From Peptostreptococcaceae bacterium (GTDB lineage Bacteria > Bacillota > Clostridia > Peptostreptococcales > BM714), in NCBI GenBank assembly GCA_016649995.1, contig JAENWJ010000002.1, positions 4,014-68,013 on the forward strand: 64,000 bases of DNA. The letters run 5' to 3'. The translations under genes and the position numbers were made by a program. Each line of letters starts with the position of its first letter. Positions within the stretch are counted from its first letter, which is position 1. Shown here one piece after another: positions 9,355 to 19,397 of the stretch. Under the pieces are notes generated by a model that saw only the letters and a list, made by a program, of their open reading frames with translations, was not told the DNA's origin and did no database searches.

Positions 9355-10059
9355 TTATTTTTCATTTCGGTTATTCTTCAACAAATCAACAAGAGCCATT
9401 TGTGCGGCTTCCTGCTCTGCTTCTTTCTTATTGTTTCCTTTCCCTTTGCCTATTTCGGTTTCGTTAACCGTTACACTGGAAAAGAAAACTTTTGCATGAT
9501 CCGGACCCTCTTCTCTATAAATCTGATAATTGAGCGGTCCTGAGCTTCTCTTCTGAATCAATTCCTGCAGATGAGTCTTATAGTCGATAAACAGTTTGCC
9601 ATTAACAGCTTCATCAATAATGGATTTCATCCGGCACAATATGAAATATCTTGCCTGCTCAAATCCGCCATCGAGATATATTGCTGCAATTAACGCTTCA
9701 AAAGCGTCTGCCAATATTGATGTCCTGTTCCTACCCCCAGTAAGTTCTTCCCCTTTTCCAAGCAATAAATAATCTCCAAGATCTATGCTTCTTGATGTTT
9801 TTTCAAGGCTAGTCTCGCAAACGATTCTTGCTCTCGTTTTTGTAAGTTTTCCTTCGGGCAGATTAGGGTTGTTTACAAAAAGGTGGTCGCTAACGACAAT
9901 TCCAAGAACCGAGTCTCCTAGAAATTCCAATCTTTCATTGTAATAATCCATTTTATTCTCATTGGCGTAGGAACTATGTGTTAGTGCCGTTTTTAGAAAG
10001 CTTTTGTTTTTGAACGAATAGTCTATTGTTTTTTCCAGTTCAATCATATTCTTTTGCAC
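9355..10059 (-). CDS. rnc: ribonuclease III
   Basis: RNase III signature NERLEFLGDSVL plus a C-terminal dsRBD (GPDHAKVF...GKGNNKKEAEQEAA). GTG start with AGGAG 9 nt upstream, overlapping the plsX stop. Confidence 0.9.
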   Translation of the reverse strand: MQKNMIELEKTIDYSFKNKSFLKTALTHSSYANENKMDYYNERLEFLGDSVLGIVVSDHLFVNNPNLPEGKLTKTRARIVCETSLEKTSRSIDLGDYLLLGKGEELTGGRNRTSILADAFEALIAAIYLDGGFEQARYFILCRMKSIIDEAVNGKLFIDYKTHLQELIQKRSSGPLNYQIYREEGPDHAKVFFSSVTVNETEIGKGKGNNKKEAEQEAAQMALVDLLKNNRNEK

Positions 10060-10071
10060 AGATCAACACTC

Positions 10072-11070
10072 CTATTTGGATACTTTTTCTTCTATTGATT
10101 CTATAACTTTACTTTTAGCATAAATTTCTGCATATACAAGCGCGTTCTTGATGGCTTTAGCATTTGAGCTCCCATGCGCTTTGACGATTGGGCGCTTAAG
10201 CCCCAAAAGAGGTGCTCCGCCATATTCGGTGTAATCCATTTCTTTTTTTATCTTTTCAAAAGCGTCCCTTAGAAGAAATGCCCCTATTTTGTGCTTAAGG
10301 GTATCTGTCATATGGCTTTTGATTATTTTCATAAGATTCATAGCCACGCCCTCAGTAAGTTTGAGAACTGTATTGCCTGTAAACCCGTCGCATACGGCTA
10401 CATCAAACAGGCCTTCGGGAAGATTTCTTGCTTCAAGATTTCCGCCAAAATTGATTTCTACGGAATCCGACATCAATCCGTAGGCTTCATTCGTTAGCTT
10501 ATTCCCTTTTCCCGCTTCATCTCCTATGTTTATAAGACCGACCCTTGGAGAATCGATTTCAAAGACTTTTTTCATATATTGGGATCCCATGATAGCAAAT
10601 TCCATTAGATTAGATGGTTTGCAATCCGCATTTGCTCCTGCGTCCAACAGAAGAGTAAATCCCTTTTGAGTTGGATATGCCGGTGCCAACGCAGGTCTCG
10701 AAATTCCGTCTATGCGGCCTGTAAGGAATATCCCGCCTGCCAACAACGCTCCGGTGTTTCCTGCGGAAAGCATTGCATCGGCTTCTCCTTTATTAAGAAT
10801 TTCATATGCAACAACCATTGATGAATCTTTTTTGCCGCGAATAGCCTTAGCCGGTTTATCCTCGGCAGTTATGCATTCGCTAGTGTGATGGATCTGAATG
10901 TTTTCAGGAATGGAAAGGTTCAATTCATTGAAAGTCTCTATTATTTGTTCCCTATGTCCGACCAGCAGGATTTCGGATTCTATGGCTTTCGTTTCCAAAG
11001 CTAACATACAGCCCTCGATTATCGCTTTAGGAGCGTTGTCTCCTCCCATTGCATCAATTACTATCCTCAT
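10072..11070 (-). CDS. plsX: phosphate acyltransferase PlsX
   Basis: 332 aa with N-terminus MRIVIDAMGGDNAP and overall PlsX layout. Located downstream of rpmF as in most bacteria. Confidence 0.9.
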   Translation of the reverse strand: MRIVIDAMGGDNAPKAIIEGCMLALETKAIESEILLVGHREQIIETFNELNLSIPENIQIHHTSECITAEDKPAKAIRGKKDSSMVVAYEILNKGEADAMLSAGNTGALLAGGIFLTGRIDGISRPALAPAYPTQKGFTLLLDAGANADCKPSNLMEFAIMGSQYMKKVFEIDSPRVGLINIGDEAGKGNKLTNEAYGLMSDSVEINFGGNLEARNLPEGLFDVAVCDGFTGNTVLKLTEGVAMNLMKIIKSHMTDTLKHKIGAFLLRDAFEKIKKEMDYTEYGGAPLLGLKRPIVKAHGSSNAKAIKNALVYAEIYAKSKVIESIEEKVSK

Positions 11071-11181
11071 GTTCCCTCCTGTTGTGGTTTATTTGGAACC
11101 CTTACGAATATTATACCATTATTATTGACTCAAAAAAAATAGTAATGACTAATATTAGCCATTACTATTTCTATAAGTCAA

Positions 11182-11361
11182 TTAGTCAACTTTTAGAACT
11201 TCCTTCTGCTTGTAGTATCCGCATGATTTGCAGACTCTATGGGAAAGAACAGGCTCATGGCACTGTGGACATTCAATCACATTAGGCGCAGTCATCTTGA
11301 CATTCGAAGCTCTTCTTTTGTCCCTTCTGGCTTTAGAGATTTTTCTCTTTGGTACTGCCAT
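11182..11361 (-). CDS. rpmF: 50S ribosomal protein L32
   Basis: Not in the ORF track because it is only 59 aa. My translation is MAVPKRKISKARRDKRRASNVKMTAPNVIECPQCHEPVLSHRVCKSCGYYKQKEVLKVD, with the CxxC...CxxC zinc ribbon. SD AAGGAGG precedes it. Confidence 0.9.
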   Translation of the reverse strand: MAVPKRKISKARRDKRRASNVKMTAPNVIECPQCHEPVLSHRVCKSCGYYKQKEVLKVD

Positions 11362-11435
11362 TACGACACCTCCTTGCTTAAAATAAATGGAATTGATTTA
11401 TATGCAACTTATTTTTTCTATTTGACACGACCCTA

Positions 11436-11464
11436 ATTATATAAATCGCAAGAGGATTTGTCAA
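11436..11464 (-). promoter_or_regulatory. consensus sigma-A promoter for rpmF-plsX
   Basis: Minus strand reads TTGACA (11464..11459), a 17 nt spacer, then TATAAT (11441..11436). This is a 12/12 match to consensus, about 75 nt upstream of rpmF. Confidence 0.6.
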
Positions 11465-11471
11465 GTATAAC

Positions 11472-12665
11472 TTATTTAAGCAGCGAAACGGTGTCTCTGG
11501 CAATCATAAGCTCTTCGTTTGTAGGAACGACAAGAACCTTTACCTTTGAGGAATCTTTGCTAATAACAGTTTCTTTGCCGCGAACATTGTTCTTCTTTTT
11601 GTCAAGCTCTACACCCATGAATTCAAAATCGCTACAAATGAGTTGGCGCGCACTTATGGAGTTTTCTCCCACTCCTGCCGTAAAGACAATCGCATCAACA
11701 CCGCCCATTACTGCAGCGCATGCCGCGATATATTTTTTGACGCTGACATTGAACTTGTCAAGTGCGAGCTGCGCTCTTGCATTGCCTTCCTTGGCTGCGG
11801 ATTCGATATCCCTGAAGTCGCTGCTTATGCCCGAGATTCCCAAAACGCCTGATTTCTTGTTTAGAATATTATTCATCTCGTCTATTGAAAGGTTCTCTTT
11901 TCCCATAATAAACGGGATAATTGCAGGGTCCAAATCACCGCAACGCGTACCCATTACCAATCCTTCAAGGGGGGTAAAGCCCATGCTTGTGTCAACCGAC
12001 TTGCCATTGTCAATGGCTGTTATGCTTGCACCGTTTCCAAGATGGCATGTGATAATCTTTAGAGAGTCAAAATCTTTTCCAAGAATGGAAGCTGTTCTTT
12101 GTGCAACATATTTATGACTCGTTCCATGAAAACCATATTTTCTTACACCATATTTTTTATAATATTCATACGGAAGAGCGTAAATATATGCCGTTGGCGG
12201 CATAGTTTGGTGAAATGCTGTGTCAAACACTCCAACCATCTTAATGCCCGGCATAAGCTCCATGCATGCGCGAATACCTATTAGATTCGGAGGATTATGA
12301 AGCGGAGCCAGCTCTATGCACTCTTCCAGTGCCGCTATTACATCATCGTTGATGATAACGGAATCGCTAAATTTTTCACCTGCATGAACTACCCTATGTC
12401 CTACTGCCTCTATTTCATCCATACTCGCTATGGCGCCGTATTCTTTATTGACAATGGCTCCCAATACAAGTTCAAGAGCTTTTTTATGGTCCTTCATCGG
12501 CTCTTCAATAACCTTTTTATCTTTTCCTGCCGATTCATGCGTGAGGATAGATCCTTCAATTCCTATTCTCTCGACAAGACCCTTTGCCATTACAGCTTCA
12601 TCGCTCATATCAATCAATTGATACTTCAAGGATGAACTCCCACAGTTTACTACCAATACTTTCAT
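11472..12665 (-). CDS. ackA: acetate kinase
   Basis: 397 aa with N-terminus [17 protein letters not shown] and the HRVVHGG-like, GFHGTSH and NEE motifs. Confidence 0.92.
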   Translation of the reverse strand: MKVLVVNCGSSSLKYQLIDMSDEAVMAKGLVERIGIEGSILTHESAGKDKKVIEEPMKDHKKALELVLGAIVNKEYGAIASMDEIEAVGHRVVHAGEKFSDSVIINDDVIAALEECIELAPLHNPPNLIGIRACMELMPGIKMVGVFDTAFHQTMPPTAYIYALPYEYYKKYGVRKYGFHGTSHKYVAQRTASILGKDFDSLKIITCHLGNGASITAIDNGKSVDTSMGFTPLEGLVMGTRCGDLDPAIIPFIMGKENLSIDEMNNILNKKSGVLGISGISSDFRDIESAAKEGNARAQLALDKFNVSVKKYIAACAAVMGGVDAIVFTAGVGENSISARQLICSDFEFMGVELDKKKNNVRGKETVISKDSSKVKVLVVPTNEELMIARDTVSLLK

Positions 12666-12801
12666 TTCGTTTCCCCCTATGTAATTTATTATCCGATTTA
12701 TCAGCCATAATCATTCTATTAGTAAATCAACCGAATTTCAAGACAAAGATTCTTCAAAAAGTGCGATAATTCCATTATAATAAGTTAAAGAGGTGATTTA
12801 A

Positions 12802-14028
12802 ATGAAAGTTCTTGGAATAATTGCAGAATACAACCCTTTTCACAATGGACATTTGTACCACTTGAATGAGTCTAAAAGATTGACAGGTGCAACGCATGCC
12901 ATTGCAGTAATGAGCGGTAATTTTGTGCAAAGGGGTGAGCCGGCTATTGCCGACAAGTGGACCAGGGCGGCAATGGCAATTGAAAACGGCGTAGATCTTG
13001 TTTTGGAAATGCCTTTCGTTTTTGCGTCTTCGAGCGCCGAATACTTTGGAGAGGCCGGAATTTCGTTGCTTGATTCACTTGGCGTAGTCGATTATGTTTC
13101 ATACGGCTCTGAAACAGGCAGTGATGTTCAGATTGAAAAAGTTGCAGATTTTCTTGCTAAGGAAAATGATGATTTCAAGCACCTGCTAAAAGAAAGCCTT
13201 TCGGAAGGAAAATCATTTCCTTTAGCGCGCGAAGAGGCTATTACTTTATTGCGTCCCGAATTAAAAGGGATACTGCATCATTCAAATAATATACTCGCTG
13301 TCGAATACCGAAAGGCGGCTAAAAAAATAGGCAGTCAAATAGATTTTGTATCCGTAAAAAGATCCGGTTCGTCATACAACGAACCCCATTTGAACGAAAA
13401 ATCATTCAGCAGCGCAACATCTATACGAAAAAAACTCCACGAAGAAGGAAACGTCAATCTTATAAGCCAACTGCCAACAAAAAGCATAGAATTATTAAAT
13501 GATTTCAAAAGCATTAACAAATCCTACCCTCGCAAAGAGGATCTTTTTGCATACCTTCAATATAAAATTAAAATGTCTGAAAACAAAGAGCTTCGTGAAG
13601 TTGAAGGAATGCGCGAAGGCCTTGAGAATGTTCTTAAAGCCGCAATATACAGTTCACATGATTATGGTTCGTTTATTGAAAAGGTAGAATCCAAAAGATA
13701 CCCAAGATCCTCAATACAAAGGCTTTTTCTGCATTTGCTTCTAAATTTTAAAAAAATGGAATTAAAGGAATTTAGGAATTGCAGCAATTATTATGGAAGG
13801 GTTCTCGGATTTAACGAAAATGGTCGCGAACTATTGAAAACAGTAAAAAAAATATCCGAAACAAAAATCATAACTAATATTAACCGTCAATTTCCAAAAG
13901 ATGAATTGCTTACCCGGATGCTTTCATATGACATAAAAGCAACGGATTTTTATATGTTGCTTTTATGCTTGAATGGGTGCAAAAATTCAGAAAGCCAAGA
14001 TAAAATAAGAATGCCGTACATCGGATAA
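12802..14028 (+). CDS. tmcAL: tRNA(Met) cytidine acetate ligase (YlbM/TmcAL, UPF0348 nucleotidyltransferase)
   Basis: 408 aa with N-terminus MKVLGIIAEYNPFHNGHLYH (HxGH nucleotidyltransferase motif). SD AGAGGTGA precedes it. Confidence 0.8.
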   Translation: MKVLGIIAEYNPFHNGHLYHLNESKRLTGATHAIAVMSGNFVQRGEPAIADKWTRAAMAIENGVDLVLEMPFVFASSSAEYFGEAGISLLDSLGVVDYVSYGSETGSDVQIEKVADFLAKENDDFKHLLKESLSEGKSFPLAREEAITLLRPELKGILHHSNNILAVEYRKAAKKIGSQIDFVSVKRSGSSYNEPHLNEKSFSSATSIRKKLHEEGNVNLISQLPTKSIELLNDFKSINKSYPRKEDLFAYLQYKIKMSENKELREVEGMREGLENVLKAAIYSSHDYGSFIEKVESKRYPRSSIQRLFLHLLLNFKKMELKEFRNCSNYYGRVLGFNENGRELLKTVKKISETKIITNINRQFPKDELLTRMLSYDIKATDFYMLLLCLNGCKNSESQDKIRMPYIG

Positions 14029-14059
14029 AAAAAGTTGAAGCCCATAATGGGCTTCAACT
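14027..14059. terminator. bidirectional rho-independent terminator between tmcAL (+) and the coaD operon (-)
   Basis: AGTTGAAGCCC-ataat-GGGCTTCAACT (11 bp stem, 14033..14059). An A6 run on the left gives a U-run for the minus-strand transcript. A weaker T-rich tail lies on the right. Confidence 0.75.
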
Positions 14060-14545
14060 CTACTTTTCCTTCATGCATCTAAGTTCGGTTCTATTGTTTT
14101 CCAATTCATTCAAAATAGTCGAAAGGTTTTTTTGTATATTCCCAAGTATATTATCCGAGTATTTTAAAGACCCAAGTTTTATTTCTTCGGCGGTTTCTTC
14201 CGCTTTTTCAATAATTCCCTTCGCCTTCTTGGTTGATTCCTTTACAATAACATCGTTTTCTATCATGGAGCGAACATGTTCCTCTGCTTTTTCCATCATT
14301 TCGCCGGATTCTCTTTTTGCCTTTTCCATTATCTCTGCCGATTCTTTATGGGCTTCTTCAAGTATTGAAGTCCTTTCCTGCTTTATCCATTGGGACTGCT
14401 TTATTTCATCCGGCAAAACAATTCGTATTTCCTTAATTATGTCGAGAAGGTCACCTCTATCTATCAACGCTTTCCCTGATAAAGGAAGATTTGCACAGTT
14501 TTCAATTACGTCCTCAAGTTCATCTAAAATCTTCAATACGCTCAT
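14060..14545 (-). CDS. conserved coiled-coil protein of unknown function (often annotated ATPase / ATP-synthase-b-like)
   Basis: 161 aa, charged and helical. Its start overlaps the coaD stop by 4 nt, which suggests translational coupling. It contains a tandem 11-aa repeat ([11 protein letters not shown] / [11 protein letters not shown]). Confidence 0.6.
   Translation of the reverse strand: MSVLKILDELEDVIENCANLPLSGKALIDRGDLLDIIKEIRIVLPDEIKQSQWIKQERTSILEEAHKESAEIMEKAKRESGEMMEKAEEHVRSMIENDVIVKESTKKAKGIIEKAEETAEEIKLGSLKYSDNILGNIQKNLSTILNELENNRTELRCMKEK
14286..14351 (-). repeat. imperfect 33-nt tandem duplication inside the coiled-coil gene
   Basis: The unit at 14286..14318 and the unit at 14319..14351 match at roughly two thirds of positions by hand alignment. 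They encode the repeated ...E(I/M)MEKA... segment. Confidence 0.4.
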
Positions 14546-15030
14546 ATGCGGGTCCTCTCTTTCTTAGTATTCAATGCTTCATACACCAATGGCGGCACAA
14601 GTTCTTCAATGTTTCCGTTAAGAATAAAAATTTCTTTTACAAGTGTTGAACTAACAAATGAATAACGGTTTCCCGTCATCATGAAGAGAGTTTCTATTGA
14701 TTCATCGAGTTTTCTGTTCATCATGGCCATTTGAAATTCATATTCGAAATCGGAGAATGCTCTGAGACCTTTCACAAGGACATATTCCGGCTTAGTTTTC
14801 ATGAAATTAACCAATAGACCCTCGAAGCTTGTAACTTCAACATTTTCGTAGGGTTCGACCACTTTTTTTATAAGCTCAACCCTTTCGTTGATGTCGAAAT
14901 AAGGCTTTTTGCTAGGATTATGAAGCACAGCTACTACCACTTTTTCAAAAACGCGAGACGCCCTTTGTATTATATCCAGATGACCGTTTGTTATCGGATC
15001 GAAACTTCCGGGATAAACTGCCGATTGCAT
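14542..15030 (-). CDS. coaD: phosphopantetheine adenylyltransferase
   Basis: 162 aa with N-terminus [17 protein letters not shown] (T/HxGH motif). Confidence 0.92.
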   Translation of the reverse strand: MQSAVYPGSFDPITNGHLDIIQRASRVFEKVVVAVLHNPSKKPYFDINERVELIKKVVEPYENVEVTSFEGLLVNFMKTKPEYVLVKGLRAFSDFEYEFQMAMMNRKLDESIETLFMMTGNRYSFVSSTLVKEIFILNGNIEELVPPLVYEALNTKKERTRI

Positions 15031-15591
15031 TTAGATTTCCTCCGTTCCATAAATTGTAAGCATGGTGTTACCGTATTTTTTTTGAGATAACCTCACCGCG
15101 CAACGTATACTTTTTGGCATTTCGTTTCTTTTATCGTGTTCAACAATTATTTTACCATAATTTTCAATGATTTCTTCATCGTATATTTTTTCTATCAGCT
15201 CAATCGTATCATTTATTTTATAAGGCGGATCCAAAAATATGAGATCAAAAATTTTGCCTCTTGCCGAAAAATGATCTAAGGCCTGAAATGCACTGTTATG
15301 GAAAATTTCAAATTTCGATTCATCTCCATTGATTTTTTGAATGTTGGTTTTTAGAATCTTTAAAGCATTCCTATCAAAATCAACAAAGACAACCTCGGCA
15401 GCATTCCGGCTCAAGGCCTCAATTCCTATGCCGCCCGTACCTGCAAAAAGATCAAGGAACCTGCTGCCATCCAAATCCATCATGAGGGTATTAAAGAGAG
15501 CCTCCTTAACCCTGTCCGATGTCGGCCGGGTATCGCTTCCTTCCGGTCCATTCAAGCTAATTCCTTTGTACTTGCCTGAAATTATTCTCAT
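15031..15591 (-). CDS. rsmD: 16S rRNA (guanine966-N2)-methyltransferase RsmD
   Basis: 186 aa with MRIISGKYKG, SAM-binding DLFAGTGGIGIE and the DPPY motif. Adjacent to coaD as in B. subtilis ylbH-coaD. Confidence 0.88.
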   Translation of the reverse strand: MRIISGKYKGISLNGPEGSDTRPTSDRVKEALFNTLMMDLDGSRFLDLFAGTGGIGIEALSRNAAEVVFVDFDRNALKILKTNIQKINGDESKFEIFHNSAFQALDHFSARGKIFDLIFLDPPYKINDTIELIEKIYDEEIIENYGKIIVEHDKRNEMPKSIRCAVRLSQKKYGNTMLTIYGTEEI

Positions 15592-17639
15592 TGTATTCCT
15601 CCTTGCGTTTGCATGCTTCTTTTATTAATTTGTTTTGCATAAGAATTAATAGCATTTTCAAGCTCTCGTGAAATGTTCAAATTTTCAAGACTCTGTCCGT
15701 ATACAGATTCTATGTCCTTTTGAACTATTATCAGCAATTTGTAATGTCTAAACATATCAGCCAGTTTAAATTCCGGGAATCCATGTTGCTTCAATGAAAA
15801 CACATGGCCAGGACCACGCATCTTCATATCTTCTTTTGCTATTTCGAAACCGTCATTGCATCTTTGAAGAACCAGGGCTTTCTCCCTTATGGAATCATTG
15901 CAATTATCTGAAACAAGATAGCAAAATGATTCAAACACGCCTCTTCCCACCCTCCCCCGCAATTGATGAATTTGGGCGAGCCCGAAACGCTCGAATGAAT
16001 CTATTGCCATTACTGTGGCATTCGGTACATCTATGCCGACTTCAATGACTGTAGTCGAAACAATCATATCTATTTCACCATTTCTAAATGCTTGCATGAT
16101 TCTGTTTTTTTCATATTGGGACAAACGCCCGTGAAGAGCCTCCAATTTGAAAGATGGATATACGGATTGGCTAAGGTGTTTAAAGATTTCTTCAACGGAT
16201 GCAATCGAATCATTTTCATTTTCTATTCGCGGGCAAACATAAAAAATTTGCCTGCCCGAAAGCATTTCATTTCTTATATGTTCATACATTGCTCTTTTGC
16301 TTTTATTATCGGCAACAAGCATGGTTTCGACAGGTTTTAGGCTGTTGTTGGGTTTTTCAGTCAGACGAAGTATTTCCATGTCTCCAAAAATTATTTCGGA
16401 AATCGTTCTTGGAATAGGGGTTGCAGACATTACAATGATTTGCGGCGACACGCCTTTTTTTTGCAACGAATCGTTTTGCGCAACACCGAAACGATGGCGC
16501 TCATCAGTAATGATCAAGCCGAGATTTTTAAAATTAACATCGTCTTGTATTATCGCATGGGTACCTATTAGAAGATTGCATGTGCCATTATCCAGCTCTT
16601 CCTTCACTTTTGTTTTTCGCTGTGTATTTCTCGTCAAAATACGCGTAACCATGCATGAGTTTTTAAAAAACCTATTAAATGTTTCGAAGTGCTGCTCAGC
16701 AAGCAATTCCGTAGGCGCCATTATAGCAGTTTGATATCCGCTTAGATATGCTTGCCGCGCCGCCATGAATGCAACCAGAGTTTTCCCTGTGCCAACATCA
16801 CCCTGCAACAGAATCTTGGGACATTTTTTTTGATGCAAAAGCATCGAAAGGTTTTCAACTGCACTTGATTGGCTGGCAGTCATCTGAAACGGAAGCCCTT
16901 TGACTAATTCGTCATTTTGAAAATCAAATAATTTCATTCCCGGAGCAGAATCCATTAAAAACCTTTCTTGCTTCATTTTAAGAATTGTCATTTGAAGCCG
17001 AAAAAACTCTTCGTATATAAGTTTTTTCTTTGCCTCCATGTAGGATGCACCGCTTTTAGGAAAATGCATATCGTTCAAGGTTTGCATAGGCTCTTTGAAT
17101 TTTCTTTTATGCAAAATTTTTTCGGGCAGATATTCATCTATGCTTTCAGAGTTTTTCAAAGCATATGTTATGCTTTTTCGAAAATCATTTTGCGACAACC
17201 CACGGACAGTTTTATATATCGGCACTATTTTGCCGATATCTTCAATCTTTATAAGCTCTGGATTTGCCATATTCTTTCGTGAATACCTAAAGGAAGCTTT
17301 ACCATAGAACAGATAAGTATTTCCTTCTCTCATTATGCCATACATATAATCCGCATTAAAGAAAACAATATCCAACGATCCCGTAGAATCCGAGCATGAA
17401 ACTACAAGAAATCTTTTACCTTCTTTTGATTGATTTCGTCTCACCTTGTCTACTTTCACTTTTACAACAGAGGGTTTGGAATCGACCAGATTGCATATGT
17501 TTGTAATGGAAATAAAGTCTTTAAATTTTTGCGGAAAATAGTAAAGCAAATCTTTTACTTCATGAATTTCAAGGGATCCAAATAATGTCTTTTTCTTTGG
17601 CCCGATGCCCGGTATATTTAACAAATCGCTTTCACCCAA
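15588..17639 (-). CDS. recG: ATP-dependent DNA helicase RecG
   Basis: 683 aa with a wedge/OB N-terminal domain, Walker A GDVGTGKT, a DERH box and helicase C motifs (QLRGRVGRG). TTG start preceded by GGGGGTGA. Confidence 0.9.
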   Translation of the reverse strand: MGESDLLNIPGIGPKKKTLFGSLEIHEVKDLLYYFPQKFKDFISITNICNLVDSKPSVVKVKVDKVRRNQSKEGKRFLVVSCSDSTGSLDIVFFNADYMYGIMREGNTYLFYGKASFRYSRKNMANPELIKIEDIGKIVPIYKTVRGLSQNDFRKSITYALKNSESIDEYLPEKILHKRKFKEPMQTLNDMHFPKSGASYMEAKKKLIYEEFFRLQMTILKMKQERFLMDSAPGMKLFDFQNDELVKGLPFQMTASQSSAVENLSMLLHQKKCPKILLQGDVGTGKTLVAFMAARQAYLSGYQTAIMAPTELLAEQHFETFNRFFKNSCMVTRILTRNTQRKTKVKEELDNGTCNLLIGTHAIIQDDVNFKNLGLIITDERHRFGVAQNDSLQKKGVSPQIIVMSATPIPRTISEIIFGDMEILRLTEKPNNSLKPVETMLVADNKSKRAMYEHIRNEMLSGRQIFYVCPRIENENDSIASVEEIFKHLSQSVYPSFKLEALHGRLSQYEKNRIMQAFRNGEIDMIVSTTVIEVGIDVPNATVMAIDSFERFGLAQIHQLRGRVGRGVFESFCYLVSDNCNDSIREKALVLQRCNDGFEIAKEDMKMRGPGHVFSLKQHGFPEFKLADMFRHYKLLIIVQKDIESVYGQSLENLNISRELENAINSYAKQINKRSMQTQGGIQ

Positions 17640-17671
17640 ACCATCACCCCCTATACAAATTCATTTTGTTT

Positions 17672-17704
17672 TTAAATTTATAAGGCCAGCATAAAGCTGG
17701 CCCC
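17672..17704 (-). terminator. terminator after fakA
   Basis: Minus strand reads GGCCAGC-tttat-GCTGGCC followed by the T-rich TTATAAATTT. It lies about 50 nt after the stop at 17752. Confidence 0.5.
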
Positions 17705-17751
17705 TGAAATTCATATATGCTTTTAAAAAATAGGCCAATAGCTATAAATGA

Positions 17752-19395
17752 TTATTCAACAGAAATAATGTAATGATAAACAGGCTGTTTGCCCTCATAA
17801 ATTTCAACATCTATTTCATCACTGGCTTTTTCAATGCTTTTCAACAAATCTTCCGCAACAGAGGCTTCAACTGAATCGCCGTAATAAATCGTCACTATTT
17901 CATCATCTTCTTCTATAGATTTATTCAATACCTCCAGCGCAACTGAATTAATGTCTTTTCCAACACTTACTATGTCCCCATTAAATATGCCAAGTATATC
18001 GCCTTTTTTGATTTTTATACCGTTGAATATGGAATCTCTTACGGAATATGTGATCTGTATGGTTTTTACTCCTTTAATGGAATCAGTCATATGAAGAATG
18101 TTTTCATCAATATCCGCATCGGGATTGAATGCAAGCATAGCGGTTATACCTTGCGGAATGGTTTTCGTCGGAACAATTGAAATTTGCTTTTTTGAAATCT
18201 TTTTGGCCTGTTGAGCAGCTAGAATAATATTTCCATTGTTTGGAAGTATTATGATTTTTTCGGCATTAATTTTATCAATTGAGGCAAGCAATTCCTCAGT
18301 ACTTGGGTTCATAGTTTGGCCGCCTTCAATTATTCTATCCACATTCAAATCATTGAATATCTCGGTTATTCCTTGGCCCATGGCAACCGACAATACACCA
18401 TATTCTTTCATCGGCTTCTCATCTTCTTGAATGTCAGCCTCTTCGCTAAAGTGATTTTCGTTGTGCTGATAACGCATATTGTCAATTTTAATATCAATCA
18501 ACTCCCCATACGAAAGAGCCTTTTGCATGACAGAACCCGGCTCGTTAGTATGGATGTGGACTTTTAGCATCTTTTCATGCCCAACAACAAGCATGCAATC
18601 TCCAAAATCTATTATTTCCTCTTTCAATTGCTCGTCAGATAGATTCGTCCCTTTAACAATGAATTCTGTGCAATATCCAAACTCAATGTTTCCAATATTT
18701 GCGACTGGAGTCAATTGCTTCGAAAACTTGTTTTGAAACACGGTTTCAATTTCCTTGGCCTTTTCTCCAATTATTGTTCCATAGAACCCCTTGAGTATAT
18801 AAAGAAGTCCTTGGCCGCCTGCATCAACAACTCCTGCTTGTTTTAGCACCGGAAGCATTTCAGGTGTTTTTGCCAATGCCTTGTTCGCTTCTTCAATCAC
18901 CTTTTCAAGAAACTCATCGAAGTAATCATATTCTTCAGAAAGAATTACAGAAGCATCTGCAGCAGTCCTTATTATGGTTAATATTGTTCCTTCAACAGGC
19001 TTCATAACTGCTTTATAAGCGGTGTCTGCCGCTGAAATCAACCCTATTGAGAAATCGCTCGTAGTAAGAATTGTCTTGCCTTTGCATCCCTTATGAAATC
19101 CACGCAGTATCTGTGAGAGTATAACGCCCGAGTTGCCTCTTGCCCCCATCAAGGAACCGTTTGAGGCTGCTTCGGTCACCTCGAAAATCGAGACCTCATT
19201 AAGTTTATTCATTTCATTTACCGCCGATTCGAATGTCATTGACATATTGGTGCCAGTATCTCCATCAGGTACTGGAAAGACATTTAAATCGTTTACGAAA
19301 TCTTTGTTTGCTTTCAATGTTGCAGACGCCTGCCTGAACATATCCAGCAGTATGTCTCCGTTTATTGTTTCTATTTTCAAAATAAAACCCTCCAA
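17752..19395 (-). CDS. fakA: DAK2-domain protein, YloV/FakA-type fatty acid kinase subunit
   Basis: 547 aa with an N-terminal Dak2/DhaL domain (DGDTGTNM) plus a YloV C-terminal domain. The rpmB | asp23-like, DAK2, recG synteny matches B. subtilis yloU-yloV-recG and S. aureus fakA. Confidence 0.75.
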   Translation of the reverse strand: MEGFILKIETINGDILLDMFRQASATLKANKDFVNDLNVFPVPDGDTGTNMSMTFESAVNEMNKLNEVSIFEVTEAASNGSLMGARGNSGVILSQILRGFHKGCKGKTILTTSDFSIGLISAADTAYKAVMKPVEGTILTIIRTAADASVILSEEYDYFDEFLEKVIEEANKALAKTPEMLPVLKQAGVVDAGGQGLLYILKGFYGTIIGEKAKEIETVFQNKFSKQLTPVANIGNIEFGYCTEFIVKGTNLSDEQLKEEIIDFGDCMLVVGHEKMLKVHIHTNEPGSVMQKALSYGELIDIKIDNMRYQHNENHFSEEADIQEDEKPMKEYGVLSVAMGQGITEIFNDLNVDRIIEGGQTMNPSTEELLASIDKINAEKIIILPNNGNIILAAQQAKKISKKQISIVPTKTIPQGITAMLAFNPDADIDENILHMTDSIKGVKTIQITYSVRDSIFNGIKIKKGDILGIFNGDIVSVGKDINSVALEVLNKSIEEDDEIVTIYYGDSVEASVAEDLLKSIEKASDEIDVEIYEGKQPVYHYIISVE

Positions 19396-19397
19396 TC

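Noticed and set aside
11458-12117. 219-aa + strand ORF antisense to ackA. Similar long + strand ORFs occur at 42474..43109 and 41890..42477 (antisense to ftsZ), 36118..36723 (spanning the yggS and HlyD-like genes), 25165..25719 (pgsA/rimO), 44339..44866 (DUF881), 34295..34819 (ylmH), 5251..5760 (spanning the U32 peptidase and trmR genes), 51383..51889 (murF/murE) and 40187..40681 (DUF512).
   Set aside because: All lie entirely opposite strongly recognisable conserved genes. They are rich in S/I/F/L/P low-complexity sequence, lack SD sequences and have no recognisable motifs. They are shadow ORFs produced by the codon bias of the genuine minus-strand genes.
12700-12720. Possible CcpA cre site (TGAAATTCGGTTGA on the minus strand) in the ackA promoter region.
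   Set aside because: The central CG is displaced by one position relative to the cre consensus TGWAANCGNTNWCA. The match is therefore out of register and not convincing.
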